64,000 nt of DNA. It comes from Octopus sinensis (Eukaryota). Location: contig NC_043007.1 of NCBI RefSeq assembly GCF_006345805.1, positions 64,294,001 through 64,358,000 of the forward strand, read 5' to 3'. The position numbers were made by a program, and so were the translations under genes. Of the stretch, positions 43,001-55,169 are shown piece by piece; position 1 is the stretch's first letter; each line of letters starts with the position of its first letter. The notes under the pieces are model-generated. The model made no database searches. It was not told where the DNA came from and saw only the letters and a list, made by a program, of their open reading frames with translations.

Positions 43001-44755
43001 ATGAACTGAAATATATGCATATCACACATTTTGTATGTTGCCTAATTCAAACTTTTTCTATATAACTTATAATCTCACTGCACAACATATTATATAATCT
43101 TATAGTTATTTGCTGTTGGCAATCCATATTTCTAAATTTTAATTGTATGATGGTTGATTCAGCCTACCCGTTTTGATTTGAATGCTACAAGGAAGTAAGT
43201 CATTCTACACTGTCTGGCAGATTGTATAATAAATTATAGCTGCCTGCCTACATAGAGCTGCCAGAGATGCAGCATGAACTTGGTTTCTTTTTAACAGCCC
43301 TATTTGAGCAAAGTTAACTAGGGCTTCCTAAGCCAACTAACATCTTAGCTCTGCGCGTGCGCACGCACACACTAACATACACACACACACACCTCCCTGC
43401 CTCTCAGGCATTCACTCCAAAATAGTAAATGGCTACAAGTATTTCTTACTACCACAGGTTGTCTACTATACAAGAATACTTCTAATCAGAAAGATATTGC
43501 TTAAATATTTTAGGTGTATGTATTTTGACTTACAGTTATTTAGATGTATAAGTAATGCCATTGTTACCTTATTGTCTAGATTTCTGTACTTGCATACATT
43601 GGATGTGTCTGGAATACAGCACTTCTTCATGCATCTGAAACCTTATATTGCCCCAAATCTGTTACAGTTGATTCTATTCTAAGTCTTATTTGATGTGACA
43701 CCATCAACAACTCTTACCTCTTTTCCACCTGGTTTCACTCGACTACAGAAGGCATGAAAGGAAGTGCTAAGGTCAAATGTTTAAAAACCGAAGGGAAGAA
43801 GCAAAGAAGTAACACATGATAGCTTTAAGGATTGTAATAAGATACTCTATCTAATTTTTGTCAGCATACAAAAATACTGTAAAATGTTGTGCATAGTGTG
43901 TGCAGGCTGCATTTGCACATGTTTATATGAGTAAATAGATACACACATTCACTATGCAGAGAATAATGGAAGTAAATAGGTTTTTGCATAGCTACAACTG
44001 AAATCTGTACTATATCATCCTCATCTATCATCTGTGTTCCATGCTGATATTGGTTATATATATGTGTGAAATTTTATTTTCTTTCATACTGTTTACATTA
44101 GTTTTTCTGAGTTACAAATAACTTAGCCATTTTAGCTGTTTACCTATTGTTGGAGCAATTGTTTTTATATAGCTGATTGCCCTTCTTTTTTAGTATTACT
44201 TTGAAAGATTAGAGCCTGTTATAAGTTGGGTAGAATGGAGCTATATACTTATGCATTTCTTGGAAGCATAACAATGAGTGTAACACAATTCTAGGTCTTT
44301 ACTGTGTACACATACTTGCACAAGATTACTTATTGTTATACCTTTTTCTGTCTCATTATTGACATTGTTGATTCAGTGGAAACTTTCTGGAGTATGAGAT
44401 CCAGGTGTGTATGAAAACTGCTTTATTATACACTGGCCAAAATAAGTTTAAAACCAGTGATGACAATTTCATTCCTTCATTAATATATTTTTAACAAAAC
44501 TGTATAAAATTATTTTACTTTCTACAGTATATGCAGAATTTTTTTTCTCTTTGGAATGATATAGGAATTAGATATCTTTTTACAATTCAAATAATTTTAA
44601 TGTGCAATTAATTCAAATGATTAGAAATTCTCAGCAAAATAAGTTTAAGACTGTACCAAGATTATGCAAATTAATAAATTAAAAGGGTGGTCATATGGCT
44701 GGTCGTACTGCACTATTTTGTTTAATAATTGAGCATTGTTACACATTAATTCAGT

Positions 44756-45755
44756 ATGGGAAAGTGTCATAGTATCAGTCCAGTTATTAGATCAGAGATT
44801 GTGTTACTTGATCAGCAAAATGTGTCCTTCATGAACATTAGCAAGCGATTAGAATGCAGCAAAATGGCTTGTGTTCAAGCATGGAAGCTTTATCAAAGCA
44901 CTAGTCAATACAAAAATTGGCAAAGAATGGGTGCTCTGAAAAAGACAACAGTACAGATGAATCGGGAATTCATAGGCTCTCTGAAGGTAACCAAATGCTA
45001 ACAGCAGTGGACATTTGCAAGCAATTATCTGATGCAACTGACATCAGCTTTACACCACAAACTGTCAGAAACTGCCAAAAAGAACTTGGACTGTTTGGCT
45101 GGATTGCTTGAAAGAAGTTGAAAATTTCTGAGATGAACCAGCAGAAGCAGATCAAGTTTGCTAAAAGTCATATTGAGTGGATGACTGAAGACTGGGCAAA
45201 AGTTCTTTGGAGCAACAAATCCCGCATCTGCAATTTTGGATCTGATGGAAAGACTTATGTTCGACACTGTCCAACTGAAGAATTCCATCCTAAGTATGTC
45301 AAGAAAACTGCGCAAACGGGGTGGGGGTTGAAGGTAATGGTGCTGGTCCAGTTGTTAAGGTTGATGGCAGACTGAACAGTGTAGGCTATCTGCAATTAGT
45401 AAATGAAAATGTGCAGCTATATTTAAATAAGCAGATGCCACCGGAATCTATTTTCAAGCAGGACAAATGCCCTGTTCATAAGGCTAGAAAAGTTTTGCAA
45501 TATTTTGAGTGCAATAATATGGTGGTTATTGAGTGGCCTCAGCAGAGCCTAAATTTGAATCCAATAAAAAACTTATAGAGTTATGTTTCTAAAAAGAGTT
45601 CATGCTAAGAAACCAACACATTTGTTCCAATTATATAATTTTATTGAAGAAATATGGCAGAACTTTCCAAGTGATTTTTGTGCTTATTTGTCGAACTCCA
45701 TGTCCTCCCATTGTATGGTCATAATTGAAAATAATGGCTATGGAACTAGATACTA
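44756..45755 (+). pseudogene. Tc1 transposase pseudogene (DD34E type)
   Basis: Split over ORFs 44756, 44917, 45118 and 45321. Motifs WAKVLWSNKSR (from WSDES), IFKQDKCPVHKA (QDNAPxH) and WPQQSLNLNPIKNL* (WPxQSPDLNPIENLW) show frameshifts, stops and mutated catalytic D/E residues. Confidence 0.92.
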
Positions 45756-45889
45756 ATAATAAATTTTTTGTTTGTTGATCATTTGTACCAGAAATTTCCA
45801 ATTTAAACAAAATAATCCAAAATAATATTAGTACACTTGAAAATTACTATTTTTAAATCTCACAACGAGAGATATTCAGCAACAGTACT

Positions 45890-46174
45890 TTGGAGTAAAG
45901 ATTATTTGCCAACATAACATGGCAGTCCTGGTTTAGGATGAACGTTGCTGTAATTTAGCCCCAGGAGACATCGTCTCCAGCTGGCTGTATGACACAATCT
46001 GTGTCCTTATATTTTCAAACAAGTGGGGTGCATGATTCCCCTTGTTCAGAAATGTAAGGACACAGGTCATGTCGTATAGCCAGCTGGAGACAATGTCTGC
46101 TGTGGCTAAATTACAGCAACATTCGTCCTAAACCAGGACTGCCATGTTATGTTGGCAAATAATCTGAACTCCAA
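45890..46174. mobile_element. Fold-back (palindromic) MITE-like element nested in the Tc1
   Basis: ttggagtaaagattatttgccaacataacatggcagtcctggtttagga... is reverse-complemented by ...tcctaaaccaggactgccatgttatgttggcaaataatctgaactccaa. Arms are about 135 bp with a small loop near 46030. Confidence 0.85.
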
Positions 46175-48753
46175 TATTAGTACAGTCTTAAAAACTTATT
46201 TTGCTGACAGTTTTTAATCATATGAATTAATTGCGCATTAAAATTATTCAAGTTGTAGAAAGATATATAACACCTATATCATTCGCAAGAGAAAAAATTC
46301 TACATAAACTGTGAAAAGAAATTTTATACAGTTTCGTTAAAAATATATTAGGAATAGAACTGTCATCATTTGTCTTAAACTTATTGTGGCCAGTGTAGTT
46401 TTAAGAGGTCTATGTACAGTTTTCTGGGCATTTTGCACATAGAATAGGCATGAAACAAGGTTTATAGATTGTTTCAATTATCATTATTGCAACAAGACTT
46501 GTGGAAGCTTTTTACATGTATAATGATTAAATCTATATCAATTGCGAATTTGGTGGTTATATTTTACCCTCTCTAGGATTACGACTAATTTCCCAGAACA
46601 TTTTGTTACAAACATCATGTATGATGGCATCCAGTGCTGTTCCTTATTGAGTAGCAAAACAATTTAAATTTGCTAAGAACACCAGCAAAATTTAGAAGTT
46701 TCTTTACCCCAATTTAATTTGAGGATAAGTAAATTTAGAATTTGTGTTGGTGATGTACAATTAAAAAGCAATCCCAAATCACTTTCATCACTAAACTTAA
46801 AAACCTTGTGTGGTAGAGTTAACCTGTCACCTGGTATAACACTAGCACTGACACTTTGGGGACCTTAAGTGGTGGCCAATCTGTTTTAAGCATTTGGACC
46901 AGGTCTCTGGTTTGAGGATACCTTTCTCCTACTAATCTAGGGGACTCTGTGAAGGATCATATGGACTGCCTTTTCTCTTGATAAGGAAAGATTAGAGAAT
47001 AACTAAATTCACTTACTGCAGTGGAATTGTGCTACATGCAAGAGAAGCTGAGATCTACCTAGCTGGAAAACTATAGATTTTATGAGGTGACTTCATGCTG
47101 CTTTGTATCTGTTTACTAAGTTAACAGACTCCAATGTGAATGCTAGCTATATATCTTTGTGACTAGATTCTTGGGGAACTGTTTAAAAGACATTTTAATT
47201 AATATTTGCAAACTTCTGTTATTAGGAAAGGCAATCATGGAATAACTTGTTTCCTTTCATTTTCTGTATAAGTCCTTGGTTTGTGCCTTGATTAAGAATT
47301 GTTAGCGTGGCTGATTCTGGTATAGCAGTAAATTCTAGTGCATTATCTAGTTTTGTTCCCTAATGGTAATCACTTTTTGGTAAAGACAAAAATATCAACT
47401 TTCAATTACCTATCATTCATATTTAAGAAGATCAAATATTTGTCTTTCTGTTAAATATTCTTATATTTAAGTTTAGAGATAAGTTCTTTTCACATCATTA
47501 ATTGGAAATTCTATTAGCTTATGACTAAGGAAGGTATCTTTTCATCTATCTTTGGCTTTTTGTTATTTATATGAAAACACTTGGCTCCAAAATGCATAAA
47601 TAGATGTCTGACTAAATGTATTTAGCTTTAATTCCTATCCACACAATGAAAGTAATTGAAATAGTTTTTGGTTGGTAAAGATTATTGTATTTTGTTGTCG
47701 GTGTAAACTTGCATGTGTTTTAGTTAATTTAGTTGTTCATTAATTTTTGTGTATGTTAAGTCATCTTGGACCATACAAATTTTCTTTCACACAATCACCA
47801 ATGTTTTATTTTCCTCTACAATCCTCTTCTTTTGATTGATTATGGAAACATTTAAAACTTCAGCAGTAACTGGTGCCACACATTTCTTTTGTTTCAAGTG
47901 TGAATTTACAGTGTGGCTTTATTTCTGAATAATTAAAATGTTAGATAGGCCCCTCTTTTCCTCCTTATGTAAAATATAACAAAACTCCCTTTTCTTTAAG
48001 TTTCACATTTATAACCTCATCTTTTATTTTTTGTGTAGCATATACTTAGAAATGTTACATCTTCACCTGTTGTTGATATACAACTTTTTGTTTCTTTGTC
48101 CTACAACAAGTAGTTGTTATTTAATACTTTAACTCCTTAAAACTGCTTCCCACACCATATCTTGTTTTCACTAGTTTCGGTCATTTGACAGTGTCTGTGC
48201 TGTGGTACTGCCATACTAGTTGATGGAAAATTGTCTCATTCATTTCTATTATTTTTCTTTTCATTCTTTTTATTTTGACTTTGATTTTGTTGTCATTTCT
48301 TTTCAGAAACATATAATGTAATTTTTATTTTTTTAATTTTTAGTTCTAATGCATGCCACAGGAGAATGTATATGGTCTCAATAATTTCATGCAAAGTGCC
48401 TAGGGAAACATTACTTATATATTCGATTTCCGAACATATCTGTAATTAAATTCTCTAAATTCATCTACCACTATTTCCCCTCTTTTTCATGAGCTGCTAA
48501 ATTCTCACATTGGATTTTACCTATGGAATTTAGTTGAAATTTATACTGGCTTGTCAGTTTATCCATTAAAACAGTATTACAGCTAGTATCTCACTTAAGT
48601 GTGCTGTGAAACTATCATTTATACTAAGTCGGACAGCTTGTATTTTTAGTTATTAGTATTAGCTAACCATAGAATAGGACAGGTCTACTAAATCTTGTTA
48701 GCCTTCTCCATCACAGCAACATTATTAACTCCCATGTTCTACTTCCTGAACAG

Positions 48754-48786
48754 GAGTAAATTGAGTCTCCGCCAATTGGAACTGAA
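48754..48786 (+). CDS. Candidate 33-nt microexon upstream of KA1
   Basis: attaac..ttctacttcctgaacag| acceptor and AA|gtaata donor. Phase 2-2, open: (R)SKLSLRQLEL. Confidence 0.5.
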
Positions 48787-51272
48787 GTAATATGATGACG
48801 TCGTCTCTCGTAAGATGGTTGCTGTCTCTTTGTAAGTGTTAATGAGTGTATTTTCCAACCCCTTTCTCAACCATCACACCTTCTCATCATCTTCACCACC
48901 ACTGTTATTACAGCGTTTTGTTACCTCTCAAATAGTGTTTGTGTATATATGTATAGCTGTGTATGTGTGTTGGTACATACATGCACTTTATACACATGCA
49001 CTCATGTGCCACACATACACTTTAATAATACAAGCTTCTTTGTTTCTTTTTAAGTTGTGTGTGTGTTCAAATTGTTTGAATTTTTCCAATTTTCTAATCA
49101 TAAAACTCTGCTTCATTCTTTACCATTTAGTTTCATTAAATACTTCTCAACACCACTTAGGAAGATATGGGTTGGAATTTCTATTGTTTTCTTGAGAATT
49201 ATTATTTCAGATTCCAAGAAACATGTGCACGATGTCTGTTTTCCTTATATTTATGGGTAATCAATTTTTTCATTTGTTTCCTTATAGTTATTAGTATATC
49301 CTTTATTAAAAATTTTTCAGTTATGTTGAGTTGCCTTCTCTTGAATCTTATCTATATTCTGGCAATTCCTTGTTTGTCTTATCAATTAATTTGTGATGAC
49401 TTAGCAATTGTGTCTTTTTCCTCAGTTTCAGTAGTTTATTGGATATATATTTGAAAGTCTTGTTTTGTTTTGGGTTTTTATTTACACTTTTACTTTTGGA
49501 TTTAAACTTAATATTATTCTCCTGCCTACCTTCTTTTAGCAGCAGTTAACTATATCCAATAGTTGTTGGAAAAACAAAACAAAAACAAAGAGAGTGAGAG
49601 AGAGAGAAGAAAAACATTCTTAGATCATGTTCAGTATTCTTCATATATTTCAATAATAATTTAAAGCAGTGAGGAGTCTTAGATGAGAAACGGTCTATTC
49701 GACCAACATCAATTTTATATCTATCAGAAATATTATTGTGCTAACATAACGAAAATTTTAATTGGTGGTAGATATGAGTGTCATTTGGCCCCTCCAACCA
49801 AGCCCTAGTCAAGCAGTCTTACAATCAATATTCTTTGAATTGCAACTATCCCATCTTTTTCAATCCTTTTCAGACTATATGATTCAGTGCCTTCCTTTCT
49901 TTAGCATAGCAAGGATATGATCTAAAAGAGATTTGGCTTCTGTTTTTAGCGAGCCAGATGCCTGCATAGAGACTGCTCTGTTGGCTCATGGGAAGATGTT
50001 GGGGATGAGTGGTTGGCTGTGCCTAGCATCTTTTCTTTTTGTAGGGCTTTTCTTTGCTTTTATTATCTTATCTAGCTACTATTTTGCTCTTATGTTGTTT
50101 TCTCTGCATATCCTGAAGTGAAGTTTTTACAAATTTGATACAAAACTAAATGCACATAAAATCCAAATTCATTCATAAACTTTGCATCAGAAGGAGAAGA
50201 ATTCATGATGTATTCTTCTGTTTCTTGATTCTGTCCAATTGTTACAGATGTCAAATGTTAGGGTTATTTTTCTCCCTTTTATCTGAGTATTTTTTTATTT
50301 ATTTCTTTTTAACATTTAAAATTTTTTGTATGTGTTGGAATAATTTTACATTTAAACTAAATAAACAAATTAAGTTTTATTTTATAGATTTGTAAACTGT
50401 TTCTTTTTTATATTTTTTATTTTATTTTTATTTATTTTTTTCTTTTGTAGCTATTGTTTTTCTTAATATTAACATAATTTGTGTATTTTGCTTATGTTCA
50501 TGTTTGAAAACATATTTATTAGTCTGAGTTGCCATGAATTTGTGCTGTCTTGTGAGATGACTGCCCACTCAACATCTTACACAACAGATTATAAGGGTTA
50601 GGGAATAAATCATAATTGGTATTTGCTAATTTGTAATATTTATATGCACAGACACATTAATTCTTTTTTCCCATAAAACACTCAAATCAGAATTTGAAAA
50701 CTATTCTTACGTTCAGTTTAGTTCTTTCCATTCTGATAACCATCCTTGATAACCCCTGAGAAATTATTTAAATAGCTTTTTGTAAATAAAATGTAGCAAA
50801 TATACTTTGGTGAATAACTTGTAAACTAAACTTGTGTTTTCATAATTTGATGTAAACTTTTATTTCAATAAAGATTAATAATAATAATAAACTAATTAAT
50901 AATAATAATAATAAATAAATAAATATATAGCATAATAATCAGTTCTGTAATCTATATACAAAATATATATTTCCGTCTAGATCATTGCTGAAAGAAGGGA
51001 AGGCATCAATAACTCAAATACAAACTAGTTATAAGCTGCTTTATTGTTGTCTTTTCATTGCATCACAGTGAAAACTAGTAAACTCACTTGTTGACTAATC
51101 CAGTCCCTGTAGTTTAGTGTTAAGTAATGCTTTTGCTTTACCAATATGGCAACACCCCACCCGGAGATTTGTATGATTTTTTTTCTCCCATAAGAATCTT
51201 TTAGGCTAATTTTCTTTTAAAATATCTCGTTTTTACTCTTTATAAGGTGACAGCTTTTTTAATTTCTTCCAG

Positions 51273-51308
51273 TGGTGACCCCAGAAGGGCATACACAGAT
51301 ACCCCCGG
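51273..51308 (+). CDS. Candidate 36-nt microexon upstream of KA1
   Basis: ttttttaatttcttccag| acceptor and GG|gtgagg donor. Phase 2-2, open, GC-rich island in an AT-rich intron: (S)GDPRRAYTDTP(G). Confidence 0.62.
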
Positions 51309-53173
51309 GTGAGGAAACCTTTTTGAATAGCACACTAGTCCACTAGGGCAAGACATTTCATATTGCTTGTCCATCTTTTTACCCTCTAAATTTTCTTTCT
51401 TTCTCATAAATCTTTTTAAAAATATAATTTCCGAATGCAATTATTTATTTTGATAATTATTCTAAATTTATTGTACAATGTTTTAGAATATTTTATTTCT
51501 TCTTGTAATATGTCTTTACTCTCGGATGTTCTGCTCTACCTAGGTTCTTTTCCTCATGCAATCTCTGATCTTTGCGCTCTATCTTTCTATTTTTCTTTTC
51601 TCTTTCCTCTCCCACTAATTAACTTTCAATAACTGAGTCTGTCTTTACCTCCACTAACTCTCTGCAATTGTAGATTTTTCAAAGCTAAATCTGCTTGTAA
51701 CTTACATGTTTCTCTAACAGTATCCTCATGCTTTTTTTGCTTGAAACAAACTTTCTCAGAGATTTTTTTTTTTAAACGTTTTCTTTATATTTTTCTTGCT
51801 CTCACCATATAATTGATCCACTAACTTAGAAAGCATTCAGTTCCCAACAAAAGGGAGCAAATAGATATTCCTAATTGAAATATTAAAAAATTACTGTTGT
51901 TTCAAGTCTGAATTTAGATAGCATCAAGCAAAACTAACATTGAATGCTGCAAAATGGATTACAATACTGGCAAGCTGAAACTGCTTCTAGTTTAGGTTTT
52001 AATCAGACTACTTCGGGAATATCATGTTGAAACTTCTCATCTACTTTACTTTCTAGCTTAAACATTTCTAATTTTGTCTATGTAACCAGAAATTGTTATT
52101 AGCTGATGCCAGAAAGAGACAAAGAGACTGTAATCAGTTTTTTAATTTCTAATTAGAATTAATTTGCTTGACTTGTGTCATTAAAAATCTTAAAATTTCT
52201 TCAGAAATTATAAGAAATTATGGGTTGATAAAATAATACCAGTAATAGAATAAATCAATTACATCCTCTGCTAAAGTTTGAGGCCTTGTGAAAATATTGG
52301 AATAACTTTCATTATTATATCTTCCAATTTCAACTTCTTATCATTTGATATATCAATTATTAGTACTATTGTGTTACAGTTCCAAACTCATTGAAGTGAA
52401 GCTATGAAAGAAGATTGAGAATAGGGAGAATAAGAAGAAAAGTAATTGCTTGCTGAGAACCTGCCGTAAATTTCTACCTGCATCTTAGATGTCAATCCCC
52501 CACCCCATTTTCATTTTTTGTCTTCAAAATTGTAAAGTTTAGATGAGGTTGGAGGAAATAGTGAGGTTCATATAAGTCTTATTTACAGCATGGAAGTTAC
52601 TTTTATAAAACATCCCATAACTGAGGTTTGATTTGTGAGCACTGTAAAAGTATGTATAAGAGTAAGAAAAGATATAATGGTTTGGTGTATGTATGTTAGA
52701 TTCTAACATTGGATCCAAACACTTCAGTACACTATTTATTGATCACAGACTTATAAATAAAAGGAAACCATTTACAATTTGGTTATGCAAATTGTTACAT
52801 ATATAGTTACTTCATTCAACATAGGTAAAATCTATATTGCTCTGGATTGGTAAATAAGGACTCACAGAAAAAACCTTTCACAAAATAGAAAAGAATAAGC
52901 CAGCATGGGCAACGGATGTTAAATGATGATGATGATCTGTGGTTAAGAAGTTTTCTCTACATGCACACAACACCTTGAGCAAGTGTTTTTTTACCATAGT
53001 TTCAGTTTGTGAGTGGAATTTGGTAGATGGAAACATATAAAGTGTATGTGTGTCTAGATATCTTGAAAGATAGGAAGGACAGATGAAAGAAAACTCTCAA
53101 CACATTTTGTTGAGTTTATATTTATTTGTATTAAAAACTTGACTCAAAATTAACATTACTTGAATTTTCACAG

Positions 53174-53262
53174 GGGTGAGAAAAACACCCCTGATCCATC
53201 AGCTGCTCGGTTTTGAGCAGCTAGGCTTTTTCAGTTTCTAAATGAGGCTGGTTGTCATATTG
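53174..53262 (+). other. Candidate stop-containing alternative exon
   Basis: attaac..tgaattttcacag| acceptor and strong donor TG|gtaagt. In phase 2 it reads GEKNTPDPSAARF* with TGA at 53214-53216. Confidence 0.4.
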
Positions 53263-54153
53263 GTAAGTGAGGCTTGTTCACTGAGAATGTTAAGAAAATT
53301 AAACAACCAGTACTTTCTCTATAAAGTCCTTTGCAATATATTCTGCACCAAGTTTCAGATACCTCCTTGTCACTCTGGCTGTTAGCAATACAGCGAAATA
53401 GATTATTCCATTGGAAATCTATAAGCAACAATACTGTTCTTCAATAATTGTGTGTAAAATAAAATGAGAATGCAACTGGACATATGGAATTCCAAATGCT
53501 TATAAAGAGTATTTGCCATAACATGATATCTCTTTAATCTGCCATCTATACTCTAATTTATTGAAAGTCTTAATGTAATTTCTTAACATAATTATGCAGA
53601 TATTCATCTCACAAAATTATTTTTAAGTCAGTGTTTCTCTTTTCCCATAACATTGAATTACTTTCTTTTGTGTGTGTGTGTGTATACTTTATTAAAAAGC
53701 TGCAAAAGTATCACAAAAACTGTTACTCAAAGTTTCATGTTCCTGTTCATCGGACAGTTTTGTTTAGAATGGAACAAAAATAAGGTTATAAAAATACATA
53801 TATATACTATTAGTTTGATAGATACACATTTGAAAATGCTTTGTTTCATTGGTCCTTTCAACTAATGGTCTTTTCAGTAACCGTTTGCATGAAATAACAA
53901 ATTGCAGTATAAAATCATATTATAAAAATCGAAGAAAATCTTAAATCAAAAATAGCTTATAAAGAAGGACATAGCCTGAATACCCAGGGTAAATAATTAG
54001 CTGTAAAATATTAATCAATTAAAAGATATATCCGTTTAAAAAACTTTTCACACTAGATTACATATCAAACCTTCTGTAATATACATATATACACTAAACA
54101 TACAGACACAGGTACATGGCTACATACATATATAGACATATATAGGCAAGACA

Positions 54154-54613
54154 TAAATATATATACAAATGCATATATATGTATGCATGCACATGCACAA
54201 AATCTCCTGGCATATGCTTAATACAAGTTAGTTGTTACAGGCGAAAGAAAGAAGGAAAAAAGTCAGAAAATAGTGTGCGGGGAGGAAAAAAACAGTAGAA
54301 AAGAGAAAAAAGAAAATTAGAGAACAAGAAAAAGATATATATAGATAGAGAGTGTTACATGATGATGTTAGAAAAGCATCCAAAAACGATTAGATACTTC
54401 ATTTAGTTTGCACAATGAGCACATAAAAACGTACACATAAAATTACATTTATATCTGCTTAAATACAAACATACAAATACACATATAGATACGCATACAA
54501 ATATACAAAAAATGTGTATGCAAATACATGCTCACATATATAAAAGTATATACACATATACATACACATTTATATATGTATATATAAATATATACATATA
54601 TGTATTTATGTAC

Positions 54614-54660
<47 letters not shown>

Positions 54661-55146
54661 TATATACGCACACACATGTACATACACATATTTATATGTT
54701 TATGTGTATGTATTGTAGGTATGTGTGTGCATATATATATATATGTGTATATATTTATATACATATATGTGTACATACTTTTATATATGTGTGGAGATGT
54801 ATTTGTATGTATGTTTGTATTTAAATAGATATACGTCATTTTATGTGTGCATTTTTATGTGCTCAATGTGCAAACTAAACAAAGTATCTAATCGCCTTTG
54901 GATACTTTTTTAATGTCATCAAGTAATACTTTCTACCCCTATATATCTTCCCCTCCTCTCTCTCTAATTTTCTGTTTCTTTTTTATTTCTTTTTCCTCTT
55001 TTCTACTGTTTTCTTCCTCCCCACTCAACATTTTCTGATTTTTTTCCTTCTCTTTCTTTCGCATGTAACAACTAACTTGTATAAGCATATGCCAGGAGAT
55101 TTTGTGCATGTGCATGCATACATATATATGCATTTGTATATATTTA
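54154..55146. repeat. About 1-kb diverged inverted duplication centred on a TA/CA microsatellite
   Basis: For example cacaaaatctcctggcatatgctta..caagttagttgttaca (54196-54239) against tgtaacaactaacttg..taagcatatgccaggagattttgtg (55064-55105). Complementarity continues inward to about 54600/54720. Confidence 0.9.
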
Positions 55147-55169
55147 CTTGATGCATGTTATATGTCCAG

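Larger units (their letters stand above)
44431..46395 (+). mobile_element. Full-length, inactive Tc1-family DNA transposon with IR/DR-type long TIRs
   Basis: TA|cactggccaaaataagttt ... aaacttattgtggccagtg|TA, with roughly 225-bp imperfect TIRs carrying inner repeats (cagcaaaataagtttaagactgtac / gtacagtcttaaaaacttattttgctg) and a transposase remnant between them. Confidence 0.93.

Noticed and set aside
44756-45755. Active or domesticated transposase
   Set aside because: Frameshifts, stops and mutated catalytic residues.
48344-48367. 24-nt phase 2-2 open segment (SNACHRR)
   Set aside because: The donor AT|gtatat is too weak to support without reads, and the TGCATG inside may be an intronic element.
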